Shown one piece after another: positions 26,261-41,609 of a stretch of 64,000 nt of DNA (its first letter is position 1; every line of letters begins with the position of its first letter). Under the pieces are notes generated by a model. The model was given only the letters and a program-made list of their open reading frames with translations, made no database searches and was not told the DNA's origin. The DNA comes from Eledone cirrhosa (lineage: Eukaryota): NCBI GenBank assembly GCA_964016885.1, contig CAXHJY010001108.1, forward strand, positions 91,635 to 155,634, written 5' to 3'. Both the position numbers and the translations under genes were made by a program.

Positions 26261-27248
26261 TACATACATACATACATACATACATACATACGTACATATG
26301 ATGCATTTAAGTTTCGTGGAGCGGTAGTAGTCGATATATGTTTAGGTGCAGTGTAGATATATAGTTTGAGCTGAATGAGCCTGTGAACTAAGCAAACTGG
26401 ACAGGGCCCTCCGTTGCGATTTTACCATTTCCCCCCCTCTCTATTTCAATGCGTGTGTGTATATATGTGTGTGACTGTATTTGTGTGTGTTCCCTTGCTG
26501 GTTACGTGATGATTAACGCACTTATGATCCTTGTGAGCAGAGATAAGCAATAGTATCCAGAAGACATCTGCTTTGATGTCGCTTTTGTGTAATCGGTAGC
26601 GTAGTCATGCGGTCAGAATTAAAAATTATTTTACTCCCGCAGCCAGTTCTCTTCATTTCACTAGCCTTCCTCCCACAACCTGCCACGCCATCATTAAAGA
26701 ACTGGTATATCACAGAGTCTCATACGCCAGCAATCTCTCTTTGGAGTAATACGATAGAAAGCGTGTTTGTGGGAAAGAAGAGGATTCCAAGTTAAAACAT
26801 TGTCTAGCCTTCCGTATCATCACCTAACTATATTTTCTTCCATGGCGACTCACCGCAGTGGTCTCTATATGGTGACTTTCTGCTAGAATTAGATGACAAA
26901 TCTCCATCAAACCACAACTTATAATCTTTAATAAATCATATAGTTAGCCTTGTAGTTGCGGAAATACAATGTAATGTCACGGTTACGACTAAAATGACTT
27001 CATATTTTTGCCTGATTTCAGATAATCAAGCACTTAGTTTGCATCACGCAAACGAAAGGTCCTTTCAAGATCCCTTAACCTTCATTCCACAGTCAAAATT
27101 TTCTCAAATAAGGTCCTAGCGTCCTAAACGAAAATATTTGTCTATATAGTCTAATTTATACCATAATGGCGTGATATTATATTCGGCACATAAAATAGTA
27201 AAACCGTCCGATGGTGTTTCTCTATAGTACACACACACACGCGCACAC

Positions 27249-27318
<70 letters not shown>

Positions 27319-30139
27319 TCTCGTAAACTTACATATACACACACATATCCTCTTAGCTTCGCACGGACGACTAACATGCACACACACACACACGCCTACT
27401 CGCACGCACATACGTACGATTTATTTTCCTTTTCAACTAGGTGCGTTCGATCCCCATCTTTTCAAACAAATTCATCATACGCAACAACGACAGCATCAAC
27501 AGTTTTACAAGAGATAGCGACGTGATTAGACCTGTTTTTTCTTTAGAAATTATTTTTCGTTACTGCCAGTCACCTCTATCTTTCTATTTCTTCTATAATT
27601 TCTCATTCTAGTTTCCGATAAAGGACTAGCATCCGAAACGTTACGACTCTTTTCCTACTATATCAAGCGTAAAAGTAATAATATATTTGCTCTTTGTACT
27701 GTGTCGTTTGCATTGTTATTTCTGTTTGTTTTTTGATACACACTGATATATATAGTTTCCATTATATTATGAGCGTGTGTTTGGATGGTGCTAAGTCACT
27801 TTGGGTGCAGTGGAATCTGTACAAATTACGTCACCTTGCTGCCTAGGTACAAAAGAATGTTTTCTTTCAGTAACGAAAAGCACTGCCTCCCCACCCCACA
27901 CTTAATACCTAGAAATACAAAGTAATAAAAAAAAAATCGAAGATATAACAATGCATTCCAATGAAAGTACCCCTCCATCCCCTCATTTCTCCAAACTGAA
28001 AGAAAAACGAAAACAATCCTATGTTCACTCTCTGTACACGGGATGCATTCTAACACCAAGTTACCTTCTGTTCAAGTTTAATCCACTTTAAATCCATTTG
28101 AGCTTGATGCTTAGAAAAAAAAAGCAATGGAGGTGGGGATGAATGGCTTTAAAATTTCACTTGTGTTTATTGTTTTTGTAGTTATGCATCTGAGGTAAGC
28201 TGGTAGGACCCTTTTCTTGTCGTATGTTTGGTCATCCTCGTTTTTCTGTTTAAATTTTATTATATTGTTATATAATTTGTTTCTATATTTGTTTTCATTT
28301 TGTTCTCTTCTTGCATGGAATATCCTGGTAACGAATGTGTAAATAATTACGGGTGACTTCGGACAAGAGTGAATAGATCCGAACTTGAATACATAGAAGC
28401 GACTAAGAATGGATAGAAATGACTAGGAATAGGGAAAAGAGAAACGAATGACAAAGATTGAAGACGAAAAGAGATATCCTGTGAAGGAAAATTCCATGGA
28501 TTTCTAGCACTGCTGTTATAAAATCTCTATTTCACAGAAAATAACAATACACCATAATCCTTGTCCAGTGGGAAAACATATCTGTCAACTACTAAAACCC
28601 CAAAGACCAGGATCAGTTTCAGTACTCAGCATCTACTATGCAAGAACGCAGAAAACAACACATGTTGAAAGTATATATGTTCAATCAAAACCCTGTCACT
28701 TACCAAAATTCCACGTCAATTCCGCCTCATTAATAATACTCAGGATATTCCTTAGTCTAGATATGTGTTAACTGAATTACTAGAAATATACGAAAGTCAA
28801 TCAGTAACACATGCAACCAAACAGAGGTAAAATAGCTTAAGTATTGCAATATACTGTATGTAATGTAAAGCATTATAATCTAATGTGAAGTGTCACTGAT
28901 TCTATTTCTAATCAAGTTAACCCTAGTAAGGAAGTACAAATATCAGAATAAAATTTTAGTCGTATAGAATCATTTTTCAACATCCGCACAGTAAAGAAAT
29001 TGAAACCCCCACAATTTCTGGTTCAATGAAATGTCATGGCTAAGTCAGCTATTAATAAGCTATTAATATGAGATTACAGCAATATGTAGAAAGGAAAATA
29101 AGTGATAAATCCTGGCGATGAAGTTTCGATTCCCATTTAAAACCATTTCATATCACGTTCGCTATAAATATATCTTGGAAATACATAGATTTCGCATCAT
29201 CCACTTTCTATCCCTTAAAACATTTTTCTAACGAATAAATTATATAAAAAATGACATACTATATATTTTATCAAGCCGTACCATGACCAAATGGTGAAGG
29301 AGATCACCACGCAATCATTATGTCTCGTGGCATCTTCCAAGGTCAACTTTGCCTTTCATCCATTCGAGGTCGATAAAAAAAAGTAGCAGTCAAGTACTGG
29401 GGGGTCGATTCTTCCACTATATCTCTTTCTCACTTTCTCTCTTTTCCTCTCTTTTAAAATTGCCCTAGAAAAGCTATATGTCAATACAGCGCCCCTATGA
29501 TTCCCTAGGGAGTTACAGGACTAACACATCCCATCACACCACACGTGGCATCTTAAGCAAGTGTCATTCATCATAGCCCCAGGTTGAAGGGTTCGAACTA
29601 TGTTGGATGCGGTGCATTAGTTTCTCTATCTCATCTGTGCTTATGTGGTTCGGTAGATGGGGAGATGTAAAGTGTAAGTCAATTTATACATAACCGCTTC
29701 TTTCTTGACTCTTGAACATTCGCTTAGACTTTTCGCGGTGACAACTAAAAGCAAAACAAACAAAATACAAAAATAAAAATCGGAAATTATTTCTATTTCA
29801 TGTTCATAAAGATTGAATGATGCCTACTGGATGATCTAATGTGTCATCATATCAGTTCAGGACACCAATGCTAAGGATCTATTGGCAAATACTGAGGAAG
29901 ATAGCAAAATAGTTTAGCGCTAAAAATCGACATACAAAATATTTTAAGATCAACAACAGTTACATGATTGGAGATAAAAACTTTTGAATTCTTATGAGAC
30001 TATCGATCTATTTTCTTTATTTTTTTTCTTAGTATTAAAAAAGGTTCGTAGTCGATATGTGCAAGAAAATGAATATACACTCCTTCGTTATTGTTATTGG
30101 GCTTTATATATAGTTTAAAAGTCTAAAGTCTGTCTTAAA

Positions 30140-30350
30140 CCAGAAGGTTCGTTAGCCCGGTGCTTATCCCGGTTTCATGGCGTGAAGCGACTGCGAGTAC
30201 AAGACTTCCCCCAAAACGCCAGTCCATCGTAGGGCTAAACCCCTAGCTATTGCTGGTACTCATTTTCAGCTGAGTCTACTGGAGCAACGTGGAATGAAGT
30301 GTTTTGCTCAATAATACAATACACAACCCAGCCCAGGAATCGAACGCATG
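30140..30350 (-). mobile_element. Second SINE family, diverged
   Basis: GCTGGTACTCATTTTCAGCTGAGTCTACTGGAGCAACGTGGAATGAAGTGTTTTGCTCAA...CCAGGAATCGAAC (reverse B-box); similar to ~35850-35900. Confidence 0.55.
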
Positions 30351-30634
30351 ACAAGAGGAGGCAACGCGCCTTCTCTTATATATTATGAGATATGTAGGAA
30401 AAGACCGATATATATTTAAAAATAATAAATGAGTAAAACTGTCCCATTGAGTTACAAATAGAAATTGTTTTATGAGAAGTAATCATATTAACATATTAAA
30501 TGGTCCGAACGGTATAAGCCATATTAAGTAATAATGTTAATAATAATAATAATGTATGCTGTGTGATGCTGCTTTCAATCTTTCGGCTCTTACCCCGGAT
30601 ATATTTGATCTGTAAGATTAATAAATGGTGTCTG

Positions 30635-30775
30635 ATTTAGGCACAAAGGGAGAGTCAATTAAATCGACACCAATGCATTACTGGTACTTTATTTTATCGA
30701 CTTCGTAAGGATGAAAGGTAAAGCTAACCTCGGCGGGATTTGAATTCAGAACGTAAAGAGACGTAACTCTATGCT
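30635..30775 (-). mobile_element. tRNA-derived SINE
   Basis: Reverse complement of the SINE core and B-box. Confidence 0.75.
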
Positions 30776-31672
30776 GTCTAGTGAAAACTAAGAGGACATT
30801 TCCATTTATAAATGAGCCCCACTATTTTGAAATTCATATTCGAAAGCCTTAGCCACATGAGCTTTTTTTAACTATATATAGTGAGATTGTCAAAGAATTC
30901 GCTTCGTAGGTACACGATTTCGGATTCAGTCGCAATGGGAGGCATTTAGGCAAGTGTCTTCGGGTTGACCGATGTCTTCTGAGTGAAATTTCGTAGACGT
31001 AAACTGTAGAAACCATTCGCGTGTGAGTATGTACATATGCATGCATGTGTTTATGGCCCATAAAATTAACGGTTCGATAAAAACAAACAGATTGATAAAA
31101 TAAGTACAGGGCTTTTAAAGAAAAGTACTGCTTTAGATATGATTGACCAAAACCTACTGAAGGGCCTACCACAGAATGGCCGCAGTAAAATGAATGAAAC
31201 CGATAAAAGAAGAAAAATGTATTTTTTAATCTTTATATAAAATTGTTTATATTTTCTTCAGTGATGAATCGCCAGTAATTGTTGTCTCCAAATAATTAAA
31301 CTCCTTAACGTTTGATTCCGGTTTAGAATAAAAAGGATCGATAACAAAAATAAGGAAAAGTGGAAGAAAATGGGGATTTAGTCGGTTAAATCGGCACCCG
31401 TACTTATTTTCCAAGTCTTGTACTTATTTTATCGATCTTTTTTTGTCAAACCACAAAGTTACGAGACATGAATATAGACATAAACACACACACACACACA
31501 CACACACTATTATCAGACTCTTCTATAAAGACGTAAGATAAGAGAAAAAAGTCGGCATTACTGCTAACAGCCAGCGTGAGCCTCACTCTCTTTACCGTTC
31601 TATCTTAAACTCACAGTCTATTACAATTCCCTTTTCAGCCGGACCGACAATTTACACGACAGAAACATCATA

Positions 31673-31852
31673 TTTCTACTTTTTGGCACAAGGCCAGCAA
31701 TTACCCAGTGCATTACTGGTACTTTATTTTATCGACCCCGTAAGGATGATAGGCAAATTTAACCTCGGCGGGATTCGAACTCAGAATGGCAAGGGCCGTA
31801 ACACTATGCGTCAAAGCATAGCGTCCGATCGTCTACCTATACTGCCAATCCA
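31673..31852 (-). mobile_element. tRNA-derived SINE, full length
   Basis: Reverse complement of 835-1018; a 3' fragment follows at ~31990-32058. Confidence 0.8.
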
Positions 31853-32578
31853 TCAGATTTAATATAATACGCAGATAGTTTGATTGCCATATATAAATTA
31901 TATATAAATGTCTGTGTGTGTGTGTGACTGTCTAGAATACATACACACATAAGTACTCCCATTCACACACATACAAATAATGAATAATTGTTTCTACTTT
32001 TGGCACGAGGCCAGCAATAATAACAGTGCATTACTGGTATTTTATTTTATCGACCCCATACAAATAATAATTAATAAAAGGTGAAGATAGATGTGTTGAA
32101 TTTAACTACTTGCTGTGACGCATTGTAAACAATAAAACAAAAAGAAGTAGGGATAGGAGACACAAACAAAGCAACAAATATATACATACATCTATTATAT
32201 GCCCACCTTCTTTATTAACTCCTACTTATATAGGGAGAAAAACGTGTGTCCTTTATTAGGAATTTCGTGTATGACTACACTTCAATATATGTGATAAATT
32301 TGTTCTTTTGGTTGTCAGTTCAAGCGAAAAAGCCGAGAATAAATTTCTATCTCTACCTAAATGAGTTATTGTTTGAATGTTTTGAATCCTTTTCTATTTT
32401 AAACAGTTTCTAATATTTATGTATTCATATGTACCTACACACGCACATATATATAAACGTATAAATATACACATATATATGTAGAGGTAGAAAACTGGAA
32501 GGTAATATCCGTAGTGGTAGAGCATTCAGTCCATGGGACGAGTTAGGTAGAAGTGGTAACACAACAGTTAGTTCACCA

Positions 32579-32621
32579 TACCGAAAACAATTGTTTCACC
32601 TTAGCGGATCTTCAGCTCGTA
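32579..32621 (-). ncRNA. Type I hammerhead ribozyme enclosed by an 18-bp inverted repeat
   Basis: tacgag-CTGAAGA-tcc gctaa ggt-GAAA-caattg-TT-ttcggta; flanks GTAACACAACAGTTAGTT / AACTAACTGTTGTGTTAC. Confidence 0.7.
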
Positions 32622-33733
32622 CAACTAACTGTTGTGTTACGATTTCTATATATATCATATCTTATTTTGTTTCCTCCGCTTAGCTTGCTCGCGTTTTTGG
32701 CTTAGGTGGTTAATGGCTTCTTAACAATCGTCTCAGTTGTGTATGGCCTTTTAAACTTATGTTTATAGCTCTGGTATCTTCATATCCATTGAGCGGTCGC
32801 CAACACAATTCGGAAGTTGCGTTTCGCTAATTTCTACTCGCCGAAATGCGATTCTCGCTAAATTTATACTTGTATTAATCTCCCAAGTCTAGCAATTAAC
32901 CAGTTAATTTTTTTGCTTTTTAGTTAATTCTATTGACTGATTAATCGCTTAAGTTTATTTTAAAAACAACTCGGTCGAGAGCTTAATTCATTTTGTGCTA
33001 TATTTGCAAATTTTTGCAATGACTACACATACTGAATTCATTTGCCAAAACTAGGGGTTTTCTCCCCTTTGGAATTTACATGTGCTTTCGAACACTGTGA
33101 GATCCTGGCGCACGCAGGACAAAATGCCTGTTGAGAAAGTGATATCCTTGTTCGATCATTATACCAAAAGCTTATTATTCTTTATAAGCAGACAGTATTA
33201 TTGATTTAGGTGTCGCAGAAACCCTATACAAATAAGCTGGATAAACATACGACAAACACATAAAACAAATGGCCAGCCACTTATTTATCGCCACAATTCA
33301 ACCTTTCACATTTAAAAACAATATATGATACTTGTACCGTTTTTTTGTTTTAATTTAGCGACTGTTAACATAATGGCTTAAAATTAATATTACACGAACC
33401 ACACAGAGGTATAGAAACGATCTCTTCAACATTGTCCGAGCTTCCCTTGATGATTGTCCGAAATGGTTTTGGACTAATAAGTATTTCCAATGTAACAGTA
33501 TCACTGATTCTTGTTTTTCTTCCTTTTCTCCGCTCAAACCCACAAAACATTAGCCATTATAAGGTTATAGTTAATGACACATGCTCGTGGTTTCAAGCAG
33601 TGACACTGGACCTGAAACGACATATTTGAAAAGCGAACTCCTTAACCACACAGTCATATCTGCCGACGCATACAGACGTATGTATATATACACACACAAC
33701 CACCCCTACATATACATATACATATATATATAT

Positions 33734-33898
<165 letters not shown>

Positions 33899-34483
33899 CA
33901 CATAGTTTCCATGTTTTGACATTTTTATACAACGAATTCCGCTTTTCTCCTCCGTTCCTTTTCTTTCTTTATTTCTATGTGACTACGAATGTAAATATCA
34001 TTTGCGATCATGTAAGGGTAAAAAAAGGAAAACCGCGAGAAGAACGGAGATACATTTGGTATGTGTTTATTTATATGACAATCTCTGTTTCTCGTTAGGT
34101 TTGTACATATATGGTTCCGTGGACAAACGTAGAAATACAAACAGAGAAAAACAAAATGTAAGAAATTAACAAAAATGAAAAATATATATAAATAAAAGGT
34201 AAATTAATTAAAATAATGTAAGTTAAATGTCAGAGAGATTTACACACGTGTCACAATTTAGCGAACTAAAGCGAAATGATATCTCAATAAATGTTATGAC
34301 TTAAGTTAAAGTAAAAATATAAATATATATATAATATACTGCATTTTAATATCCATGGGAACAAAAATACTTTATTACAAATTAAACGGACAGATAGGTA
34401 TTTATACAAACGTACAAACGCTTATATATTTATAAAACACGCTTTTTAATACAGCAATTTAATATATATATATATATATATAT

Positions 34484-34549
<66 letters not shown>

Positions 34550-34570
34550 AACAACAACACAATATAATTA

Positions 34571-34641
34571 TTCCATTACCCAAGGTTTCGCGAAGTTAAA
34601 CGATTCTAATAGAAACGCCGGATATCGCTCATCAGATAGGA
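34571..34641 (-). ncRNA. Type I hammerhead ribozyme (family D) within an inverted pair (~34545-34712)
   Basis: tcctat-CTGATGA-gcga...tcgc-GAAA-ccttggg-TA-atggaa. Confidence 0.8.
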
Positions 34642-35172
34642 TCTTTATTTTGGATATTCAAAATAAAGATTCGCGAAAGCTTGGATAATGGAATAATTAT
34701 ATTTTGTTGTTTAATACATAATTAAATAGCTCTGTACTATACATAGAGCACTCTTCTTTCCTTTATCTTTTCTATGGAAATACTTAACACACACACACAC
34801 ACACACACACAAATATATATATATATATATATATATAGTGAAAACTTGGACGGGAACAAAAACAGAGAGGCAGACAAATAAAGGTTTATTAGGTTCACGC
34901 TCTCGTATATATATTGAATTGCTACATTAAGAAGGGTATATATATATATATATGTATGTATCTATGTATGTATATATATGTATACATATGTGTGCGTGAG
35001 TGTGTATCAATATATCTATCTATCTGTCTATCTTTACACACCATTTGCTTATTTGCTTTCTAAAGTTTTTCTTAAACTATAAACTATAAATATATGAAAC
35101 AAAAGCGTAGCAAACGCGCACACACACCCATATACTCACATACACACAAACACATATAAATGTATATGTTTT

Positions 35173-35233
<61 letters not shown>

Positions 35234-36941
35234 TACATACATTTTGAGAGCCTATATCATGAACTCAAAACGGCATAATGCTATGAAGAGGGAGAAAGAA
35301 AGGGAGAGAAAGTGGGGTAGAAAGAAAGAGAGAGCGAATGGTTTTTACATCAAGCAATAAGATGATTATTTCTGTTCTCGGTCAGTTAGAATACCCACAA
35401 TGGAAATTAAGAGTGAAACCATGTCAAAGATGCTCTATAGCTTCTGTAAGATCCTGTATTATAGCTTGTCCCCTTGTTTCACTGAACTAGAAAAAAGCCA
35501 TCTAACGTGATGTAAAAGATATATGCCAGCAGGGCCTCAGTCGGATGGCTGGAAAAGGTAAAAGAGTAAAAGAGTAGCTTCTTTTTCGACGACACCGGAT
35601 GACAATCAGCCAGCTTTTCAATAAGATTGGGTTTCGTCTTCGGTCCCTCGTTACATTAGGAGGATCCCGCTTCGGTCATGACTGATCATGAGGTTGCATC
35701 TGCAACGTCCCTTTCCAAGGCACAAGCTCAAGCAAAATGTTTCTGTGGAAGACTAGCAGTGACCCATATATGCCCGTCATCCATCACCATACCTCTAATC
35801 CTGTACAAAATAAAGACAAAGGCTGATACAGCTTGGTACAAGTGACGTCGCAACTCATTTCTACCCCTGAGTAGATGGAGCTACGTGATATAAATGTTTT
35901 ACAATAGCATTTTCAGTATTTCTTTCGTCACTGGCCTCTTTTCCACTCGTATGCACAACACCACAGAATCTTCCGTAATCAGGGCCTACGAAACTACCCT
36001 TACGTCTTAGACCCAACTCAACTTTTAACGTTTAGACGTAAATGAGACGCTATAAATTGTCACAAAGCCTTGGACAGCATCTGCACCTGTTTGACTAGCC
36101 CTGACTAACTTGTCTCAGTTCCATCTCAAAGCCAAACCGTGGTACTTAGCAGAACGCCATATCATCGAGATCAAATGGTTTCCAGTAGGATAATGACTGC
36201 AACCTAAACCTTCCACTCATACTTGGTTTCGAAATCTGCAAGCAACACATGTTACAATAGACGTTTTGGATTCTATTTGCTGTCATACCACCTCAGCGTC
36301 GACCGTTTCCTTTGACATGCCGCACTCAGCAATATCTTAAATTCTCATCACAGCTTAAAGCAGTGAAGTTAGTCAGTAGATACATTAAAAAGGGAGGCTG
36401 ACGGCCCTATAAGCTTCCTTTTTCGAAGCGGAAAGCGCTTAATCTGGGATGTAACATGCAGCGACACATTCCCAATAACTGTGGTAATAGCACGTATCTA
36501 ATCAATAGTATACTCTTGCTTTCGTGTTTAAGAAGCTCCAAGTTATGATCTTTCAGTTCCCAACTGTCCACGTACATATATAATTTCTACATAATAATGC
36601 ATTGAGTGTACTCGTGTATGTTATACGGTATATGTTTTGTGTGTACGCGTGTGTGTGTGGAAGAGTGAGAGAGAGGGGGGTATATGTGTATCTTTTTATG
36701 ACACTTTAGAACTGGTGTATATTTTATGAGGTATTACGTAATGCAATAAAGACTAGACGTATGAAGTGACATTTTTGAGAGGTGAATTCGTCGATTACGT
36801 TTTTACAAACAGATGATCATATAAGGAAGCACTAGAAACAGAAGCACGATGATAAAAATGAAGATTAACAAACAAAAATAAAACAAACACATACAATAAT
36901 TGGTGATTATGGAGAAAGAGAGAAAGAGAGAGAGAGAGGGG

Positions 36942-37009
<68 letters not shown>

Positions 37010-37123
37010 CAGAGAGAGAGAGAGAGGGAGGACCGAAGGGAATAAAAAATATAAGGCGGGAGGCTGTCAGAAGTGGACTAGTGTGAATTGGAGGATTAAG
37101 AATGAAGTTGTTAACGAAACATA

Positions 37124-37159
<36 letters not shown>

Positions 37160-37518
37160 CACACGCACACAACAATCTACAGTCATTATCATCTATGCTA
37201 TGACCACTACAACGCCACTGGTGATATTTGACGTGGTAGCATGTACATAAAACAGTCCTTGACACACATAGGTACTCATTATGCACAGGCATGTATCTGT
37301 GTACGTGTGCTTTCACATATAGGCATGTATCTGTGTACGTGTGCTTTCACATAGAGACATCGGCACACACAAAGCTACACATCTCAGATTATAACTGCAC
37401 TTTCATAAAAGGAAGAGCATGAATATATCCAAATCCTGTAATATTACTTGTAAAAACCTTAATAAAAATGTCATATTTAGGTAGATGTATGTATGTATGT
37501 ATCTATGTATGCATGTAT

Positions 37519-38126
37519 GTCAGGTCACCAGTTGGTGCTACTGGTAACATGCATCCCAGTACAACCTGTCCCATGGTCGGGTCGTTGGCGACTAAACTGG
37601 CAACCCCACCAAGGTTTCTTGGTGAGGAGGGTGACTTTGGACATCCTGCAAGACTAAAAACAAAACCTGTCAAAGGGCAAAGGAGTTCTTAAGAGTCAAT
37701 GGCCATCCAAAATCACCGGGAGAGATGACCCCTTAGCCTTTGTCAATGCAGAATTCTAGGAGAAGGAAAACTCTGATATAACACCTGCAACCCTGATGGT
37801 ATTCAATGATGTTGACTTGTTCTTCTTTTTGGTAAATATCATCTTGGTTAAGAGAGTGGGACTGGCTTTGTGCAGTTCCATTGCTCACTATAAAAGCTTC
37901 ACGGCACAGGCATTGCTTGGTATCTGGAGATCTCTCTGCACTTGTCGTCACATGGTACCATGGGCCCAGCACTATGTGTCAATAATTGTCACTAGTGTAG
38001 TGTTTGTACCAGAGTTTTCAAGTTGCTGGCTGGACTAAAAAGTCACACTCGTTCAGTGCATCAGTAGGGGTTCTCCTACATGGATATAAAGTAGTGGCCG
38101 TACTCGAAAACGAGTTGGCAGCCACC
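37519..38126 (+). mobile_element. Full copy of the ~608-bp non-coding repeat
   Basis: Reverse complement of 9389-9996 with few substitutions. Confidence 0.8.
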
Positions 38127-38129
38127 GCA

Positions 38130-38283
<154 letters not shown>

Positions 38284-39744
38284 TGTCTATGTGTAATATT
38301 CCGAATAAAAAACAATAACATTAGGGAATTAGAAATAAACTTTTGTCTCTCCGGAGTCACTAAAATAATAATAAAAAAAGATAATATTGCCATAAGATAC
38401 ATTAGCTCCTCTTTCCGGGATGAAAGGTAAAGTGAAGATCCTATAATCACGTATTGTTTTGTAGACAAACGATAAAGTGCATGGTGTTGAAGTAAAGGCG
38501 TTAAACTCTCGATCATAAGGTCGTATGTTCTATTCTAAGGAATCAGGATTAACCGATTTAAATATCATAACCAAGTATATGCGACAGTTGCGGTGATGAA
38601 ACATACTACGAAATCAATTGTCTTCCCCTCTTAACTATTGTTAATATAATGTGATTTTAGAGACTTTAAATTGTTAACTTAAATTTCATTTTATAAAAAT
38701 AATTGAAATAGACAAATAATTAAAAAAAATATTACAATCGACTTGACAAAAATAAATCAGATTTATTTTATCTATGAGACCAAGACCTCTTGTAGAACTT
38801 CTGTTAAATGTTAACATATGTGCTAAACTCAGTTTAAAGACCGAAATCTGATACACAGCAGTTCAGTATAGGTATAAGACCATGTAATGCCTGCTTAGTT
38901 ATATATATATCAGCATAATTGGGAACTTTAATCTGTGAAACACTAACTTTCTATTAAGCATAAAAAATAAACATTGATTGTTATTTTCATAACATTAAAT
39001 AGAGTGGGGGTAAATGAGGGCTTTGTTGACTTCTGCCACTTGTGCGAAGGATTAACTTTCACTTCAGATAAGAAGAAATGTAATGTTTTAGTTACTATGA
39101 TGAATTTCTAACTCGTATAGATGAATGCAATGGGAAAAACCGATATGTCCATCTGCTATTCGCTTCTGTCAGAACTAAATTAATATCCCGAGGTCTTACG
39201 TTGGGATTAGATTTACTGTGTGACCATCTACCATTAAATGTTGTCATATTGCCATACTTATGTTTAATCCTCCCCAGAAAGGATTATTGTGGCGTCGTTG
39301 GGACGAACTATGTATAATATCAGAATCACGATTTCTATGTTTCCAATTTACTACTCTGGCATATGTAAGTCCTTAAACGAAGTGCATAACAATACAAGTG
39401 AGAGTTTAGATTGACTTAAAATGCTATTATTAAGTTCGAATACCATCAACTCTAGAAAGAATCATTCTATTCACCCCCCACACACACAAAAAAAGAAAAA
39501 ATAGATTAGTAAATATCTGCAATTTGATAAAGTCACTGCATTCACAAAACAATTCTGCTTCCTACTATACACAATACTTATATCCAAAATAATTTCCCCT
39601 GTTCACCAATCTCACTATTATATATATGTATGATAGAGTCGTAGGAGCGCCGTATTCACATACGGTGTTTCTCGGACATTTTAAGCCTGGAAGAGCCCAT
39701 CTTTTTCCAGACCTGAGTACAGTAGATTTCTTCCAGAAGGAGGA

Positions 39745-39905
39745 AGAATCGATTCCAGTATTAGACTGGTACTTTTTCTATTACTTCGAAAGGATGAAAG
39801 GCAAGTTTGACTGCGGCGGGATTTGAACTCAGAGAGAAGAGAGCCGGAACGAATACCCTAAAGCATTATATCTGACGTTCTAACGATTCTGCCAATTCGC
39901 TGCTT
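39745..39905 (-). mobile_element. tRNA-derived SINE, diverged
   Basis: AAGGATGAAAGGCAAGTTTGACTGCGGCGGGATTTGAACTCAGA. Confidence 0.7.
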
Positions 39906-40631
39906 AACTATTATATACATTCAATAAAAGATATGCAAACTTCAACACTCACTCCACCTAAATGATGGAACCACTTTTTGTGGGGGAGAGGGTGCTCGCT
40001 TCAATACTAATATAACAGTACACTCTAGATCTTGCTCGTATATTCATAAAACTCTTCAATCTCAGATATCTTATGATGACCTCGCATATAATGTCAGCTC
40101 TGATCAGTTACTGACACTCAACATATCGCAGGTAAGACCTACACTGGAATAATACTCGTTTAAGGCGGTGATTTGGCAAAGTCGTTAAAAATCTTAGTCT
40201 AAAGCGGTGAACCACCAATTTATATACAGCTAGATTGAGCCGCAGGTAGATAAGTGTATTTGCCAAGGTATCAACGCAATGCTGGTGATCAGATAAAACA
40301 CGACATGCTTTCAGTAAGTAGAACGACCCTATACTATTGGCATTGCTAGTTGCGAATATCTGTTTAGAAAACTACCACAAGAAAATATAAGGTGACAATT
40401 ACAATATTATCTAGTTTTATAAAACAGTTGTTAAGACTAATAAGTTCAGATCGTCTTAAAATCTTATATTTATTAGAGCATGATATGCCTTTGGCGGAAA
40501 TATTTACCAGTGTAAAGATAAAAGGTTGCCAAGCGAAATACCGTCCGTCTCCATTATATAGTTAAAAAAGACGTAAATGCCTCTCAGAGTACCTTACTTA
40601 CTGTGGTTACCTCCGACTCAACCCGGAATAA

Positions 40632-40698
<67 letters not shown>

Positions 40699-40723
40699 CA
40701 CAACCGAGGGACAATCCCCTTTT

Positions 40724-40871
40724 CAGTTGTCTGCCAGAGATCACGGACATTTCAACGCATTAAAGACAATATGTCTAATCCCAGTGCGTCAATAGCTTGT
40801 AGAAACTACTAGGCAGTTAAACATATTGTCTTTAATGCGTTGAAATGTCTGTGATCTCCAGCAGACAACTG
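40724..40871. repeat. Fold-back element with ~50-bp arms
   Basis: CAGTTGTCTGCCAGAGATCACGGACATTTCAACGCATTAAAGACAATATGT pairs with ACATATTGTCTTTAATGCGTTGAAATGTCTGTGATCTCCAGCAGACAACTG. Confidence 0.85.
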
Positions 40872-41131
40872 GTTGTGCTTTCCTTTACTTTACAAATACA
40901 CTTCATCAATTAACCACACAGCCCTTTGTTTCTTCCATATATATATATATATGTATTTTCGTTGCTCTAGTGATGCGGCTGGACTGCCGACAGCTATATC
41001 CGATTTGCTAAGCTGTCTGAACGTAATGTTATTACTCTGGGGTCCTTCCTCATCCGAGTGCTAAAGCTACAGACCGATTATGCATTCGCTAGATTGGCCG
41101 CGTTCTAAAGCTTCGTCAATGCTGTACTAAA

Positions 41132-41232
<101 letters not shown>

Positions 41233-41422
41233 AAAATGAGTTTTATTTTTAGTATAAGGAAAAAAGATGAAATCGAAAATGCAACTGGAGTCTTTTTAAG
41301 AATATTTATTTGGTTCCTTTACCGATTTCACAGTTCTTATGCTTTTCAAAAGTAGAATTGAGATGGACGGTTTGTGGTTTTTCTCGCATCATATCTATAT
41401 ATATATATATATATATATATAT

Positions 41423-41609
41423 AACGAAGGAGTTGTGGTAAGGAACCAGATGAACCATAACGCTCCAGAGTACTCAATACTTAGGGTAGTAGAGTGGGTA
41501 GTAGGAAAAAATATGACCCCGACGGCAGAGCTCAAGCCCTTTCGACGGCTATTTCTCCAGAAATAGCCGTCGAAACGGCTTGAGCTCTGCTGTCGGAGTC
41601 ATACTTTTT

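Noticed and set aside
33365-33550. ORF containing FRTIIKGSSDNV as a possible INF2 exon
   Set aside because: The short match is likely chance; no supporting splice signals or downstream motif.
38330-38430. MYLMAILSFFIIILVTPE as a possible next INF2 exon
   Set aside because: Only vague similarity; lacks the expected YRF and NEF motifs and convincing splice sites.
40066-40131. 66-nt plus-strand segment bounded by CAG and GTAAG
   Set aside because: Open frame but no recognisable homology; such signals occur by chance.
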